The notes beneath the pieces were generated by a model. That model was not told the DNA's origin. It did no database searches and saw nothing but the letters and a program-made list of their open reading frames with translations. From NCBI GenBank assembly GCA_964514965.1, contig CAZETV010000001.1, positions 1-32,000 of the forward strand: DNA of 32,000 nucleotides, written 5' to 3'. The DNA is from Candidatus Hadarchaeota archaeon (lineage in GTDB: Archaea > Hadarchaeota > Hadarchaeia > Hadarchaeales > Hadarchaeaceae). The position numbers were made by a program, and so were the translations under genes. Positions 1 to 8,053 of the stretch are shown in pieces (the first letter of the stretch is position 1; each line of letters starts with the position of its first letter).

Positions 1-17
1 TCAGTGATGGAAAAGCC

Positions 18-55
18 CGACTTTTGCAACAGGGGCGACTTTTGCAACAAAGCCG
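18..55. repeat. non-coding element: CGACTTTTGCAACA-gggg-CGACTTTTGCAACA-AAGCCG
   Basis: Perfect 14-nt direct repeat with an 18-nt period, read directly. Paralogous to the element at 12563-12600. Confidence 0.8.
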
Positions 56-134
56 ATAGCGGTCGAAACAACTCCTTTCACCGAAATCCTCGAAAAGGGC
101 ACCGAACCTAGGAACCCATGGAGGGGGAAAAATT

Positions 135-425
135 TTGGTGAGGGATAAACCTTCCAAGCTCAAGCTACGCCTAGCCCTGAGCCCCCCCTCCCGAAAACTC
201 TTGCGTTTACTGCAGCGCCTTAAGCGCGCGGTCGGTGCTATACGCCCAAGGCGAGTTGACAAGCAAGCGGCAACTCGGATTAAGCTCAAACAGGCTGACT
301 TGGAGGCCCTCGAGCGGCTGAGGCGCATCGCAATAGAAAATGCCATGCAAGTTTCAGCCAGCGGAAGAATGAGAAAAGCAACGCGTGGGAAAAGAAAGAA
401 ATCGAAAAACAAAAGGCGTAGTTAA
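135..425 (+). CDS. hypothetical small, highly basic (Arg/Lys-rich) protein, 96 aa
   Basis: Open frame with a TTG/GTG start 7-8 nt after a GGAGGGGG Shine-Dalgarno-like run (120-127). No family recognised. No AT-rich promoter upstream, so it may be co-transcribed from the left of the window. Confidence 0.35.
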   Translation: MVRDKPSKLKLRLALSPPSRKLLRLLQRLKRAVGAIRPRRVDKQAATRIKLKQADLEALERLRRIAIENAMQVSASGRMRKATRGKRKKSKNKRRS

Positions 426-426
426 A

Positions 427-1236
427 TCAGCCTTTCTTTAGACTTTTAATTAAAAATTTACCGAGCTTTCTAAACTCCTTTGCAGCCGGAGATTGGGGCG
501 CGTAGCGTACCACGGGAACCCCAACCGCGGTGGACTCGTAAACTTTCGGGTCTTCGGGTATAGTAGCGATGATTGGCCAGCCAAGGAGCTTTTTGACATC
601 CTTTATCGAAAGGTCGAAAGGGTTCCCCCCCACCTTATTCACGATTACCCCCAAGATCGGGATTTTATATCGCTCTGCTGTACGAAGCGTTTTGAGGGTG
701 CTTGCAATGGTCGGAACGTGAGGGTTGGTGACGATGATTATCTCATCGCACGCTTTTATTGCAGCAATTGACTCGCTCCCTATCCCGGGTGCGGAGTCAA
801 TGAGAATCACCTTATGCTTGCTTTTCAGTGGTGCCAAATGCCCTCTGAGGTCAACCAAGTAGATATCCTCAACGTATGTGATTGAGCCGAGGACTACAAG
901 AAGTCCATGGGATCTCATAACCGCTTTCTCGATCGGGGTCTCGTCGGCGAGAACATCGTGGATGGTGACTTGGGGCGTGAACTCTCCGAAGTGCAGGCCG
1001 AGGTTAGGAGAGGTGAGGTTGGCGTCTACGGCCAAGACATTGTTCCCCATCAATTGGGTCAGACATATGCCCAGGTTTGCCACGGTCGTCGTCTTACCTA
1101 CGCCACCCTTACAGGAAAAAACACCGATAACCTTAGCTCGTTTGTGTTTGATATTGATGCCTTTTTTGCGTTTGGGTTCGAATGCGGACAGGAGACTCGT
1201 GTAGCCCTTATTGCCGCTCCTTGGTTTTTTTGGCAT
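427..1236 (-). CDS. MinD/ParA-family P-loop ATPase (archaeal MinD-like), with a ~35-aa Lys/Arg-rich N-terminal extension
   Basis: Deviant Walker A SCKGGVGKTT with the signature lysine. Walker B-like VILIDSAPG. Overall resemblance to archaeal MinD. Confidence 0.85.
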   Translation of the reverse strand: MPKKPRSGNKGYTSLLSAFEPKRKKGINIKHKRAKVIGVFSCKGGVGKTTTVANLGICLTQLMGNNVLAVDANLTSPNLGLHFGEFTPQVTIHDVLADETPIEKAVMRSHGLLVVLGSITYVEDIYLVDLRGHLAPLKSKHKVILIDSAPGIGSESIAAIKACDEIIIVTNPHVPTIASTLKTLRTAERYKIPILGVIVNKVGGNPFDLSIKDVKKLLGWPIIATIPEDPKVYESTAVGVPVVRYAPQSPAAKEFRKLGKFLIKSLKKG

Positions 1237-1410
1237 CGCTACACCTTTTTTATAGTTCCCTCTTTCGATTAATAAAGACGTATTTGGTAAATATTTTTTA
1301 TTTAAAAGACATTTTTGTAAAATTCATCCTACTAAACGATGTATTTTAGTAAGCCAAAATTGGGAGGATAAATAGAATTAGGATGGCCGACATGCTATTA
1401 AGGGGGGAAC

Positions 1411-2574
1411 TTGTCAATCCAGATAGTAAATGAGGGCCAGACGAAGCTCGAGGTACCTGAGCTTGAGAGCTTCCGCACTCGTGCAGGCGATTATGTTCCT
1501 TCTCTGACACGCGTTTTCTACAATCCGTACATGGAGTTCTGCCGCGACCTATCGGTTTCTGCTGTTCAGGCTCTAACCCGTGAACTAGATACCCTCTGTT
1601 TGTGTGACCCGCTGGCTGGTGTTGGTGTGCGGGGGTTACGCTATGCTAAAGAAGTTGAAGGCATCGCGCGCGTTATCGTTAATGACCGTTCGTTTGAAGC
1701 GGTTGAGTTCATCCGACGGAACATCGAGCTTAACGAACTGGGATGTGTTGAAGTACACAACGAGGACGCCAACACACTGCTTTGGCGGCGCGCGCCACAT
1801 TTTCATTTCATCGACCTCGATCCTTTTGGTTCACCAGCCTCGTTCATTGATTCTGCCTGCGCCTCGCTCCTCCGCAGGGGGGTGCTGGCCCTGACCGCCA
1901 CTGACACCGCCCCGCTTTCGGGAACCCACGCTAAGGCTTGCATTCGCAGATACGGCTCTAAACCACTCAAGGTAGAGTATGGCCGTGAGCTTGGGGTTCG
2001 GATTTTGATAGGTTTTTGTCAGAGAGTGGCAGGGAAATACGATCTTGCCCTTACGCCAGTGTTGGCTCACGCCACGAGGCATTACTTCAGGGTTTACCTT
2101 CGGGGACAACGGAGGGCAGGTGACACGAATGAGATACTGGCAAATCAAGGTTATGTGTCGCATTGTCGCGCGTGCGGAAATCGGGGTCTGACTTCAGGTT
2201 TGGTGCCCGAGTTGCCCCAAAAGTGCAAGTGTGGTGAAAAGCTTGAGCATGCAGGGCCACTTTGGCTCGGGCAGTTAGGTGACAAAGAATTCATAGGGGG
2301 GATGATTAATGACATAGCCCAGCGAAATTTCAGGCTCGGGCAGCAGGAGCTAACGCTGCTCAATCTCTGCCGCGAGGAAACTGAAGGACCCTCCATGTTC
2401 TACGATATGCATGAGCTCGCTGGACGCGTGGGAGTTTCACCGCCAAAAATTGTTGAGTTGATTGGAAAGTTTCGAAAACAAGGTTACTTCGCCTCGCGCA
2501 CCCACTTTTCGGGCACGGGCTTCAGAACCGATGCGCCAATGGATGAAATCATCAAAATTTTCAAACTCGTTTAA
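1411..2574 (+). CDS. trm1: tRNA (guanine(26)-N2)-dimethyltransferase Trm1
   Basis: 387 aa. TTG start preceded by AAGGGGGG. TRM1-type SAM-binding core (LCDPLAGVGVRG, IDLDPFGSP) and Cys cluster CRACG...CKCG. Confidence 0.9.
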   Translation: MSIQIVNEGQTKLEVPELESFRTRAGDYVPSLTRVFYNPYMEFCRDLSVSAVQALTRELDTLCLCDPLAGVGVRGLRYAKEVEGIARVIVNDRSFEAVEFIRRNIELNELGCVEVHNEDANTLLWRRAPHFHFIDLDPFGSPASFIDSACASLLRRGVLALTATDTAPLSGTHAKACIRRYGSKPLKVEYGRELGVRILIGFCQRVAGKYDLALTPVLAHATRHYFRVYLRGQRRAGDTNEILANQGYVSHCRACGNRGLTSGLVPELPQKCKCGEKLEHAGPLWLGQLGDKEFIGGMINDIAQRNFRLGQQELTLLNLCREETEGPSMFYDMHELAGRVGVSPPKIVELIGKFRKQGYFASRTHFSGTGFRTDAPMDEIIKIFKLV

Positions 2575-3178
2575 ACCCCTCTGCGATGACGTAGACCTCT
2601 GAGCTACCTTTCCGCGAGGCGGGTGGTTTGGAAATTTTCAGGAAATCAAACTTCTTTCTCACGTTTTGAACGAAGTCTTGGAAGAACTCCCCTTGGAAAA
2701 CCTTTACTAGAAACTTCCCTCCTCGGCTCAAAACCTCGCTAGCGAGTGTAAACGCTGCGTCTGATAGTTCAATCGAGCGGGCATGGTCGACGCTCCAGAC
2801 TCCTGAGATTTGGGGCGACGCGTCCGAGAGTACCACATCGGCAGGGCGCGGAAGATTTTGTTGAATTAACTCTGGTGTTGAAGAGTCGGTGATATCTGCC
2901 ACTAAGGTTTTAACGTTTTTGTGAGGGAGTTTTGTGATTTTTTGGAGGTCAACGCCCAACACAAATCCTTCATCACCGACTTCCTCGCGCGCAACTTGAA
3001 GCCACCCACCAGGAGCAGCGCCTAGGTCGACGACGACATTGCCGCGTTGAAGCAAGTCGTAACGTTCATTGAACTGTTTGAGCTTGAACGCTGAACGTGC
3101 CCTGTACCCGGCCCGTTTCGCCATACGGTAGTAGTGCTCCCGTTTCCTCTCGCGCCGTTGTTTACTCATACCCGACAC
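2561..3178 (-). CDS. rrmJ: FtsJ/RrmJ-type rRNA 2'-O-ribose methyltransferase
   Basis: RSAFKL motif, VVDLGAAPGGW SAM loop, VLSDASP and KVFQG motifs. Its 3' end overlaps the trm1 3' end by 14 nt (convergent). Confidence 0.9.
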   Translation of the reverse strand: MSGMSKQRRERKREHYYRMAKRAGYRARSAFKLKQFNERYDLLQRGNVVVDLGAAPGGWLQVAREEVGDEGFVLGVDLQKITKLPHKNVKTLVADITDSSTPELIQQNLPRPADVVLSDASPQISGVWSVDHARSIELSDAAFTLASEVLSRGGKFLVKVFQGEFFQDFVQNVRKKFDFLKISKPPASRKGSSEVYVIAEGFKRV

Positions 3179-3587
3179 CTTTCTTTGGCTTGAGCCCGCA
3201 AGCTTTAAAGCTCAACAAAACATGCCTGAGCAGCTCATGGAAATCTGGATTGTAAAAAAGATGACTTTCACACTTACAATCGCTTGAGCCAAAACCTTGG
3301 ATGGTCGGGAGGTTTTTCGCAAGTTCGGCAGTGACAGCACATTCTTTTCGCTCCTCACTTTGCGCGACGATTACCTCGGTCGCACGGGCGCGAGAGAGCA
3401 AGTAGTCGATGTGCCAGTGGATTTTTTTCTCCTTGCGCATGTGGCGCCCGACTCTTTTTTCGAGCCCACCCAGTGCCGAGCCGACGTAAGCGTAGTAGCC
3501 AGCCTTAAATGAGTGATTGCCGAGCTCACCAATGCTCAGCACTAGTTCGTAGGGGACATGAACGAGTAACACGTATGTTCCGCGCAT
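3162..3587 (-). CDS. DUF123 (GIY-YIG-like nuclease superfamily) protein
   Basis: 141 aa. Hallmark GYYAYVGSA...HWHIDYL segment typical of archaeal DUF123 proteins. Confidence 0.75.
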   Translation of the reverse strand: MRGTYVLLVHVPYELVLSIGELGNHSFKAGYYAYVGSALGGLEKRVGRHMRKEKKIHWHIDYLLSRARATEVIVAQSEERKECAVTAELAKNLPTIQGFGSSDCKCESHLFYNPDFHELLRHVLLSFKACGLKPKKGVGYE

Positions 3588-3705
3588 GTAGCTCGGTTAA
3601 TATTGGGGCCAATGCTACTTTTGCTTTCCGCAAGGATCCAGAACCAAGCCCGATTGCATTTTCCAACGCGCTTCACCTCACCTTCGCGTTCGAGGATTGG
3701 GGGCC

Positions 3706-3718
3706 AAAAACGAAAAAA
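3706..3718 (-). terminator. oligo-T tract (T5 and T6 on the minus strand) just downstream of tfb
   Basis: Minus strand reads ...TTTTTTCGTTTTTGG, 9-20 nt after the tfb stop codon. Archaeal RNAP terminates at oligo-T. Confidence 0.4.
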
Positions 3719-3726
3719 TATGACTT

Positions 3727-4647
3727 CTAAAGCTCAACATCTAGTCCTAGCTTCTCGCAAAGTTCCTTGTAGCGATTCCTCACGGTAACCTCTGTAACCC
3801 GCGCCACATCCGCCACATCCCGCTGCGTCCGCCGCTCTCCGCACTGCACGCTAGCAATATAGATAGCCGCGGCCGCCACACCCGTCGGCCCTCTTCCCGA
3901 GGTCAGCCCCTTCTTCGTCGCCTCTTTGAGCAGCTCGATTGCCTTCGACTGCACCTCGCCGCTGAGCCCGAGCTCGCTCCCGAAGCGGGGTATATAATCA
4001 ACTGGACTAGTCGGGCGCAGGTGAATGAGCAACTCGCGTGAAATGAAACGGTAACTCCGCCCAATTTCCTTCTTGCTAACTCGCGAAACATCAGCAATCT
4101 CGTCGAGTGTTCTGGGAACCTTGCATTCCCGGCAGGCCGCGTAAAGGGCCGCCGCGGCAACGCCTTCAATTGACCGCCCCCGGATCAACCTTTCCTCGAC
4201 CGCACGCCGGTAGATTACCGCAGCCGCCTCACGAACATTCCGTGGCAATCCCAAGTGTGAGGACATCCGGTCGACTTCCGAGAGCGCGAAGGCTAGGTTG
4301 CGTTCGGTGGCATCAGAAACGCGGATTCGCCGTTGCCACTTTCGAAGGCGGTAAATCTGGGCTCGGCGCTTGGGGGTGAGGTCCTTGCCGTGAGAGTCGC
4401 GATCTCGCCAGTCAATCATCGTCGACAATCCTTTATCGTGAATAGTGAACGTCATGGGCGCTCCGACCCGTCCCCGGCGCTCCCGCTGCTCTTGGTCAAA
4501 CGCCCTCCACTCCGGGCCCATGTCCATTATCTTGTCGTGAATGATGAAACCGCACGCAGCACACACTAATTCGGCGCGCTCGTACACACGCACGAATTTT
4601 GGGCTTCCGCACTCAGGACACTTTTTTTGTTTTTCGGGTTTTTCCAT
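3727..4647 (-). CDS. tfb: transcription initiation factor IIB (TFB)
   Basis: N-terminal Zn ribbon CPECGS..CAACG, B-linker, two cyclin-fold repeats and a C-terminal HTH ([13 protein letters not shown]). I trimmed the 21-aa N-terminal extension in the track ORF to the ATG at 4645-4647 ([14 protein letters not shown]). Confidence 0.95.
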   Translation of the reverse strand: MEKPEKQKKCPECGSPKFVRVYERAELVCAACGFIIHDKIMDMGPEWRAFDQEQRERRGRVGAPMTFTIHDKGLSTMIDWRDRDSHGKDLTPKRRAQIYRLRKWQRRIRVSDATERNLAFALSEVDRMSSHLGLPRNVREAAAVIYRRAVEERLIRGRSIEGVAAAALYAACRECKVPRTLDEIADVSRVSKKEIGRSYRFISRELLIHLRPTSPVDYIPRFGSELGLSGEVQSKAIELLKEATKKGLTSGRGPTGVAAAAIYIASVQCGERRTQRDVADVARVTEVTVRNRYKELCEKLGLDVEL

Positions 4648-4882
4648 ACTGCTCCCCCATATATAGATCCTCGCCAACGAGCTTCCCCAGGCTAGCTTGA
4701 GCGAACCCACGGGTGGGTTTTACCACTATGTAAGGCGCCGCGACGGGTCCGAACAGGTCAAGTACATTCCCCACGCGTGCGCCGCCTACAGCATATACAG
4801 CTCCGCCGAGGGATGGCACCTGCTCGGCGCGCAGCACGAGCCCGCGGTTGGTGAGGTGAATAACCTTGCCTAGTCTGCGCAT
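4613..4882 (-). CDS. gar1: H/ACA ribonucleoprotein complex subunit Gar1
   Basis: MRRLGKVIH...VPSLG...[20 protein letters not shown] closely mirrors archaeal Gar1, with a basic tail. Overlaps the tfb start by 35 nt. The gar1-tfb order is known from Thermococcales. Confidence 0.85.
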   Translation of the reverse strand: MRRLGKVIHLTNRGLVLRAEQVPSLGGAVYAVGGARVGNVLDLFGPVAAPYIVVKPTRGFAQASLGKLVGEDLYMGEQYGKTRKTKKVS

Positions 4883-4959
4883 TTAATCCCCTAAAAGTTT
4901 AAAAGGCAATTTATCTCCTCGTATATAAGTTTTTCGATATATTTAAAATTTGCGGTAGT

Positions 4960-4979
4960 TTGCCCAAAATTGCCCAAAA
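4960..4979. repeat. perfect tandem 10-bp repeat TTGCCCAAAA x2 in the gar1/DUF211 divergent promoter region
   Basis: Read directly from the sequence. Lies about 12-30 nt downstream of the AT-rich TATA-like block ATATATTTAAAAT (4937-4949) and about 50 nt upstream of the DUF211 start. Confidence 0.8.
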
Positions 4980-5027
4980 CCCGAGAAAATTCTTAAGCGC
5001 AACCGATTATTTAGAGATGATGGTCGA

Positions 5028-5348
5028 ATGGCTAGAAAGATTCGAAAGATTCGCAGGCTCGTGCTCGACGTGCTTAAGCCCCACAGCCCCACGCTGCCAG
5101 AGTTTGCAACAAAGCTCAGCTCAATGTCTGGCGTTGACGGGGTTAACGTTACGCTCATCGAGATCGACAAGGACACGGAGACGGTCAAGATAACCATTGA
5201 CGGCCAACTTGACTATGGCACAATACGCTCGGCGATTGAAGAATGGGGCGGAGTCGTCCACAGCATCGATGAAGTCATCGCAGGCAGTTTAACGGGTGAT
5301 ATCATAAAGCGCCCATCTAGAGGTCGTACCCGCGAAGGTGGCGACTAG
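5028..5348 (+). CDS. DUF211 domain protein
   Basis: 106 aa. RRLVLDVLKPH...LA..L....GV.GVN..L.EID..TE..KITI.G...D...I...IE..GG.VHSIDEV pattern typical of DUF211. Confidence 0.8.
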   Translation: MARKIRKIRRLVLDVLKPHSPTLPEFATKLSSMSGVDGVNVTLIEIDKDTETVKITIDGQLDYGTIRSAIEEWGGVVHSIDEVIAGSLTGDIIKRPSRGRTREGGD

Positions 5349-6145
5349 CGTCTTCTATACCAACAATCGGGTTGTTTACAAGTTTCACAGTTGGTTTCTA
5401 TTTTCGTGCCCGGTTCACCTTTTATCCTCTTCACCAGCTTTCGGGCTTTGATAAGTTGTTTATTGGTTACCTGAACAGACAGGGTGACACTACCCTCGGC
5501 GCCTGAGATGCCTCCCTTGCCTATAGCAATGGCTTCCGCGCCCGTCAGAATCTTGAAAGCTTCGAGCTCAGTGATAACTTTCCCTGCTGCGGGCATTATT
5601 CCCAAAGGAAGACCTGTGGCGTAGCTAGCTCGAAAGATTCCAGTAGTTTTGGAGACTTTTTGGATAGAACCAGGAATAAACTTCTCGAGCCCCACAGGGA
5701 TGATGAAGTTCACGCCCTGCGCCATGATAGTCCCCAATGCCTTACCAATGGTGCCTCCTCCACGCGATGCCAATAAAACTCCCGCCGTGCCACTGGCATC
5801 GAGCGCATTGGCACCTTTGATAAATACATCGTCGGCCGTAAGTTCGGGAAGTATATCGTCGAGTTTGCTTTCGATGAGCTTGCCCCTACGGATGATGATA
5901 TTTCCTCTGCGCTGCTTGGGGGGGACGACGCAAGTACCTTTCGGCAAAACGATGCCTGCCACGAATTTTTCTCGTTCAATTTTTTTTCCTAACAGCTCTT
6001 CGGCTACGCGAGCGTTGGTTGTGCCAAGCCCAATCACTATCGTTCCTTGGCGGAGGGCTCGCTTGACCTCAGGGAGAGCGGTAACAGCCTTAGCTATCAA
6101 GCGCTTCGATTCGGCTGGAGTTAGACTTACTTGAATGTAGGGCAT
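5345..6145 (-). CDS. conserved hypothetical protein (possible RpiA/DeoR-C-like sugar-phosphate-binding fold; C-terminal CxxCxxxxC)
   Basis: Long ORF with good coding character. TIVIGLGTTNARVAEEL resembles the N-terminal nucleotide/sugar-phosphate loop of RpiA/DeoR-C proteins. I prefer the ATG at 6143-6145 (MPYIQVSL) because 6146-6241 is AT-rich and promoter-like (TTTTTAAACC about 22 nt upstream). The track ORF extends to 6241. Confidence 0.6.
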   Translation of the reverse strand: MPYIQVSLTPAESKRLIAKAVTALPEVKRALRQGTIVIGLGTTNARVAEELLGKKIEREKFVAGIVLPKGTCVVPPKQRRGNIIIRRGKLIESKLDDILPELTADDVFIKGANALDASGTAGVLLASRGGGTIGKALGTIMAQGVNFIIPVGLEKFIPGSIQKVSKTTGIFRASYATGLPLGIMPAAGKVITELEAFKILTGAEAIAIGKGGISGAEGSVTLSVQVTNKQLIKARKLVKRIKGEPGTKIETNCETCKQPDCWYRRR

Positions 6146-6405
6146 GTCACACGGAGTTAATTTAACTGGTTTAAAAACTTGGTGTTTGATTAAACAATCG
6201 ACTACGGTAAAAAAATTTGAGTATTTCGCGGCGCTACTCAAGCGTTTCTATAAAGAACTAATCGTCGATATCTGGCGCTTTCTGACCTCGAAGTACTCGT
6301 AGTTTGTGGCGGAGAAGTTGCAGCGATCCCTCCCGCGAATGGTATAAGTTAAAAAAGTGGATATGGGCAGTCTTGAACATCGTCGGCAAAGGGAAGCAAC
6401 AAACA

Positions 6406-6834
6406 CTATGATTTTTCTTCAGGCGCCGCTGACTTCTCAGCTTCAACGGGTTTGGCCTCAAGCAGCACGGCATCGACGCCGCCGCTCTGCCCGGGTCGGC
6501 TAGTCACGCGTGCGCGGCCGAGCTCGGTTTCTATTATCGCGCCCTTAGTCATGACATTTCTACGTACGAAGTGAGGGTCTGCAGGATTTTCGACGACTGT
6601 GAGTATCTTCGATTTTTGGGCCTGCCCGGTTTTAGGGTCCACAACGTTGACGGCATCGGTGCCGAGCAAGCTGATTTTTATGCCCCCACCAAAGGTGCAT
6701 CGGTTGACTTGTTTGATTGGACCGAGTTTAGTCTCGACGAACTCGCTCCCCATCTCCCGCTCACGCTTCTTCCGGCTGGCCCATATTCGCCCTCCGCTGG
6801 GCTTCTTTAACGATCTACCCTGCCACTTAGCCAT
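6406..6834 (-). CDS. rps8e: 30S ribosomal protein S8e
   Basis: MAKWQGRSLKKPSGGR...NPADPHFVRRNVMTKGAIIETELG matches S8e. Acidic/Ala-rich C-terminal tail. Confidence 0.95.
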   Translation of the reverse strand: MAKWQGRSLKKPSGGRIWASRKKREREMGSEFVETKLGPIKQVNRCTFGGGIKISLLGTDAVNVVDPKTGQAQKSKILTVVENPADPHFVRRNVMTKGAIIETELGRARVTSRPGQSGGVDAVLLEAKPVEAEKSAAPEEKS

Positions 6835-6867
6835 TTAGACACCGCTTGCAATCTTTGAACATAAGAG

Positions 6868-6875
6868 TATAAAAA
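6868..6875 (-). promoter_or_regulatory. putative TATA box (TTTTTATA on the minus strand) for rps8e
   Basis: AT-rich octamer 34 nt upstream of the rps8e ATG, inside the 45-nt scpB-rps8e spacer. Confidence 0.4.
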
Positions 6876-6879
6876 GTCC

Positions 6880-7389
6880 TTATCTCATGAGTTCCTCGAT
6901 TCGTTCACGGATCTTGTCCATATCGTCATCAAAACCGAAGTAACCTGCGAATCTTCGCGAGGTTCGAAGCACTCGTGTCCGCTCGAAATTTCTGGATTCG
7001 ATGAACCCTAAAGCGGTGAGTTGTTTGATGTGATCGTAGACTCGACTGCCCCGTACATCGGCGAGCCTCGCTTGGTAGACGGGCTGCTTGTAGGCAATCA
7101 TGGCGAGCGTCTTCAAAGCTCCCCGCGAGAGCTTTGCTTTAGACATCACTCCCTCCAGCTTTGGCATATACTCCTCGCGGAGGCGGAGCGAAAAGGTCCC
7201 CTTTGAGGTTTCAGCGAGCATCAAGGGGCCATTCTTCTTCCCGTAGTCAGCTATGAGTTCCTCCATAATCTTGCGCGCGTAGGTCTCAGAAGAGGTTCCC
7301 AAGATTTTACGCAGTTCGTCCAAGGTCAACGGACGATCAGCCGCGTAGAGGGCGGCTTCGATAATCGAGCGATCTTCTTGAACACCCAT
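6880..7389 (-). CDS. scpB: segregation and condensation protein B (ScpB)
   Basis: IEAALYAADRPLTLDEL ... LSRGALKTLAMIAYKQPVYQARLADVRG: tandem winged-helix ScpB signature. Confidence 0.85.
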   Translation of the reverse strand: MGVQEDRSIIEAALYAADRPLTLDELRKILGTSSETYARKIMEELIADYGKKNGPLMLAETSKGTFSLRLREEYMPKLEGVMSKAKLSRGALKTLAMIAYKQPVYQARLADVRGSRVYDHIKQLTALGFIESRNFERTRVLRTSRRFAGYFGFDDDMDKIRERIEELMR

Positions 7390-7390
7390 G

Positions 7391-8044
7391 CTACCCCTCT
7401 TTTACTGGCAAGGCGGCAAATATTTCACCAAATGGTTCTGGTTGCCGCAACGAGACCCTGCCTTGAACTTCTAGGAACAATAGGAGAAGAAGTGTTCTGG
7501 CCACCTCGAGCCTAGTTCGTTCGAGGACGAGTGCCGAGAGAGAGATCTCTTGCCCTGAAGCGGTGAGGCTTTTTACTCGTTGGTACAGCTCTTCAAGATA
7601 CTGCTCGATGTTTGTGTGGTATTCGCTGAGCGTCTGCATGATTTTCTCTAACTTCCTCCTGTGGACGAGTTTCCGCGTTGGGGTATCTTGGAGCGCATCT
7701 TGTAGCGCGCCCATAAGGTCTAGAAGTGTAATTTTGCGAGGTGAGCGCTGTATAATCGTTATTTGTCCGAGTTCAGGCAAATCGATATCTAACATCTCCT
7801 TAAGTTCCTCCTCTACTTCCGGATTTTTATGCCCGTTGAACACAAAATCTGATTTCATCCGCAAAAGCACCGAGGCCGAAAGTAGCGTCCGCCCTGAAAC
7901 ACGAAGGTCGAACTCCCGCATTTCCTTCACGCGTTGCATGTAGACACCCGCAATCTTCTCGATGTCGATATCCCACGGGTCGAGTTTGTGCTCCTGCACC
8001 AGTCCGAGCAGAATCTGGAAAGGTTGATCAGCGATAGTCGTCAT
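7391..8044 (-). CDS. scpA: segregation and condensation protein A (ScpA, kleisin)
   Basis: N-terminal LLGLVQEHKLDPWDIDIEKIAGVYM kleisin motif. One-nt gap to scpB and 9-nt gap to smc. Confidence 0.8.
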   Translation of the reverse strand: MTTIADQPFQILLGLVQEHKLDPWDIDIEKIAGVYMQRVKEMREFDLRVSGRTLLSASVLLRMKSDFVFNGHKNPEVEEELKEMLDIDLPELGQITIIQRSPRKITLLDLMGALQDALQDTPTRKLVHRRKLEKIMQTLSEYHTNIEQYLEELYQRVKSLTASGQEISLSALVLERTRLEVARTLLLLLFLEVQGRVSLRQPEPFGEIFAALPVKEG

Positions 8045-8053
8045 GTCTTCACC

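Noticed and set aside
3602-3705. Direct repeat ATTGGGGCCAA / ATTGGGGGCCAA flanking about 80 nt between DUF123 and tfb. Considered as an H/ACA sRNA (next to gar1) or a small insertion with target-site duplication.
   Set aside because: The repeats are direct, so they cannot form the lower stem of an H/ACA hairpin. There is no ACA box at the right place. Only a 6-bp internal hairpin was found, and an 11-mer pair is within chance expectation.
4648-4710. 21-aa N-terminal extension of TFB in the track ORF ([11 protein letters not shown]...)
   Set aside because: It overlaps the Gar1 coding end in another frame. The TFB family starts at the Zn ribbon, and ATG 4647 gives a canonical N-terminus.
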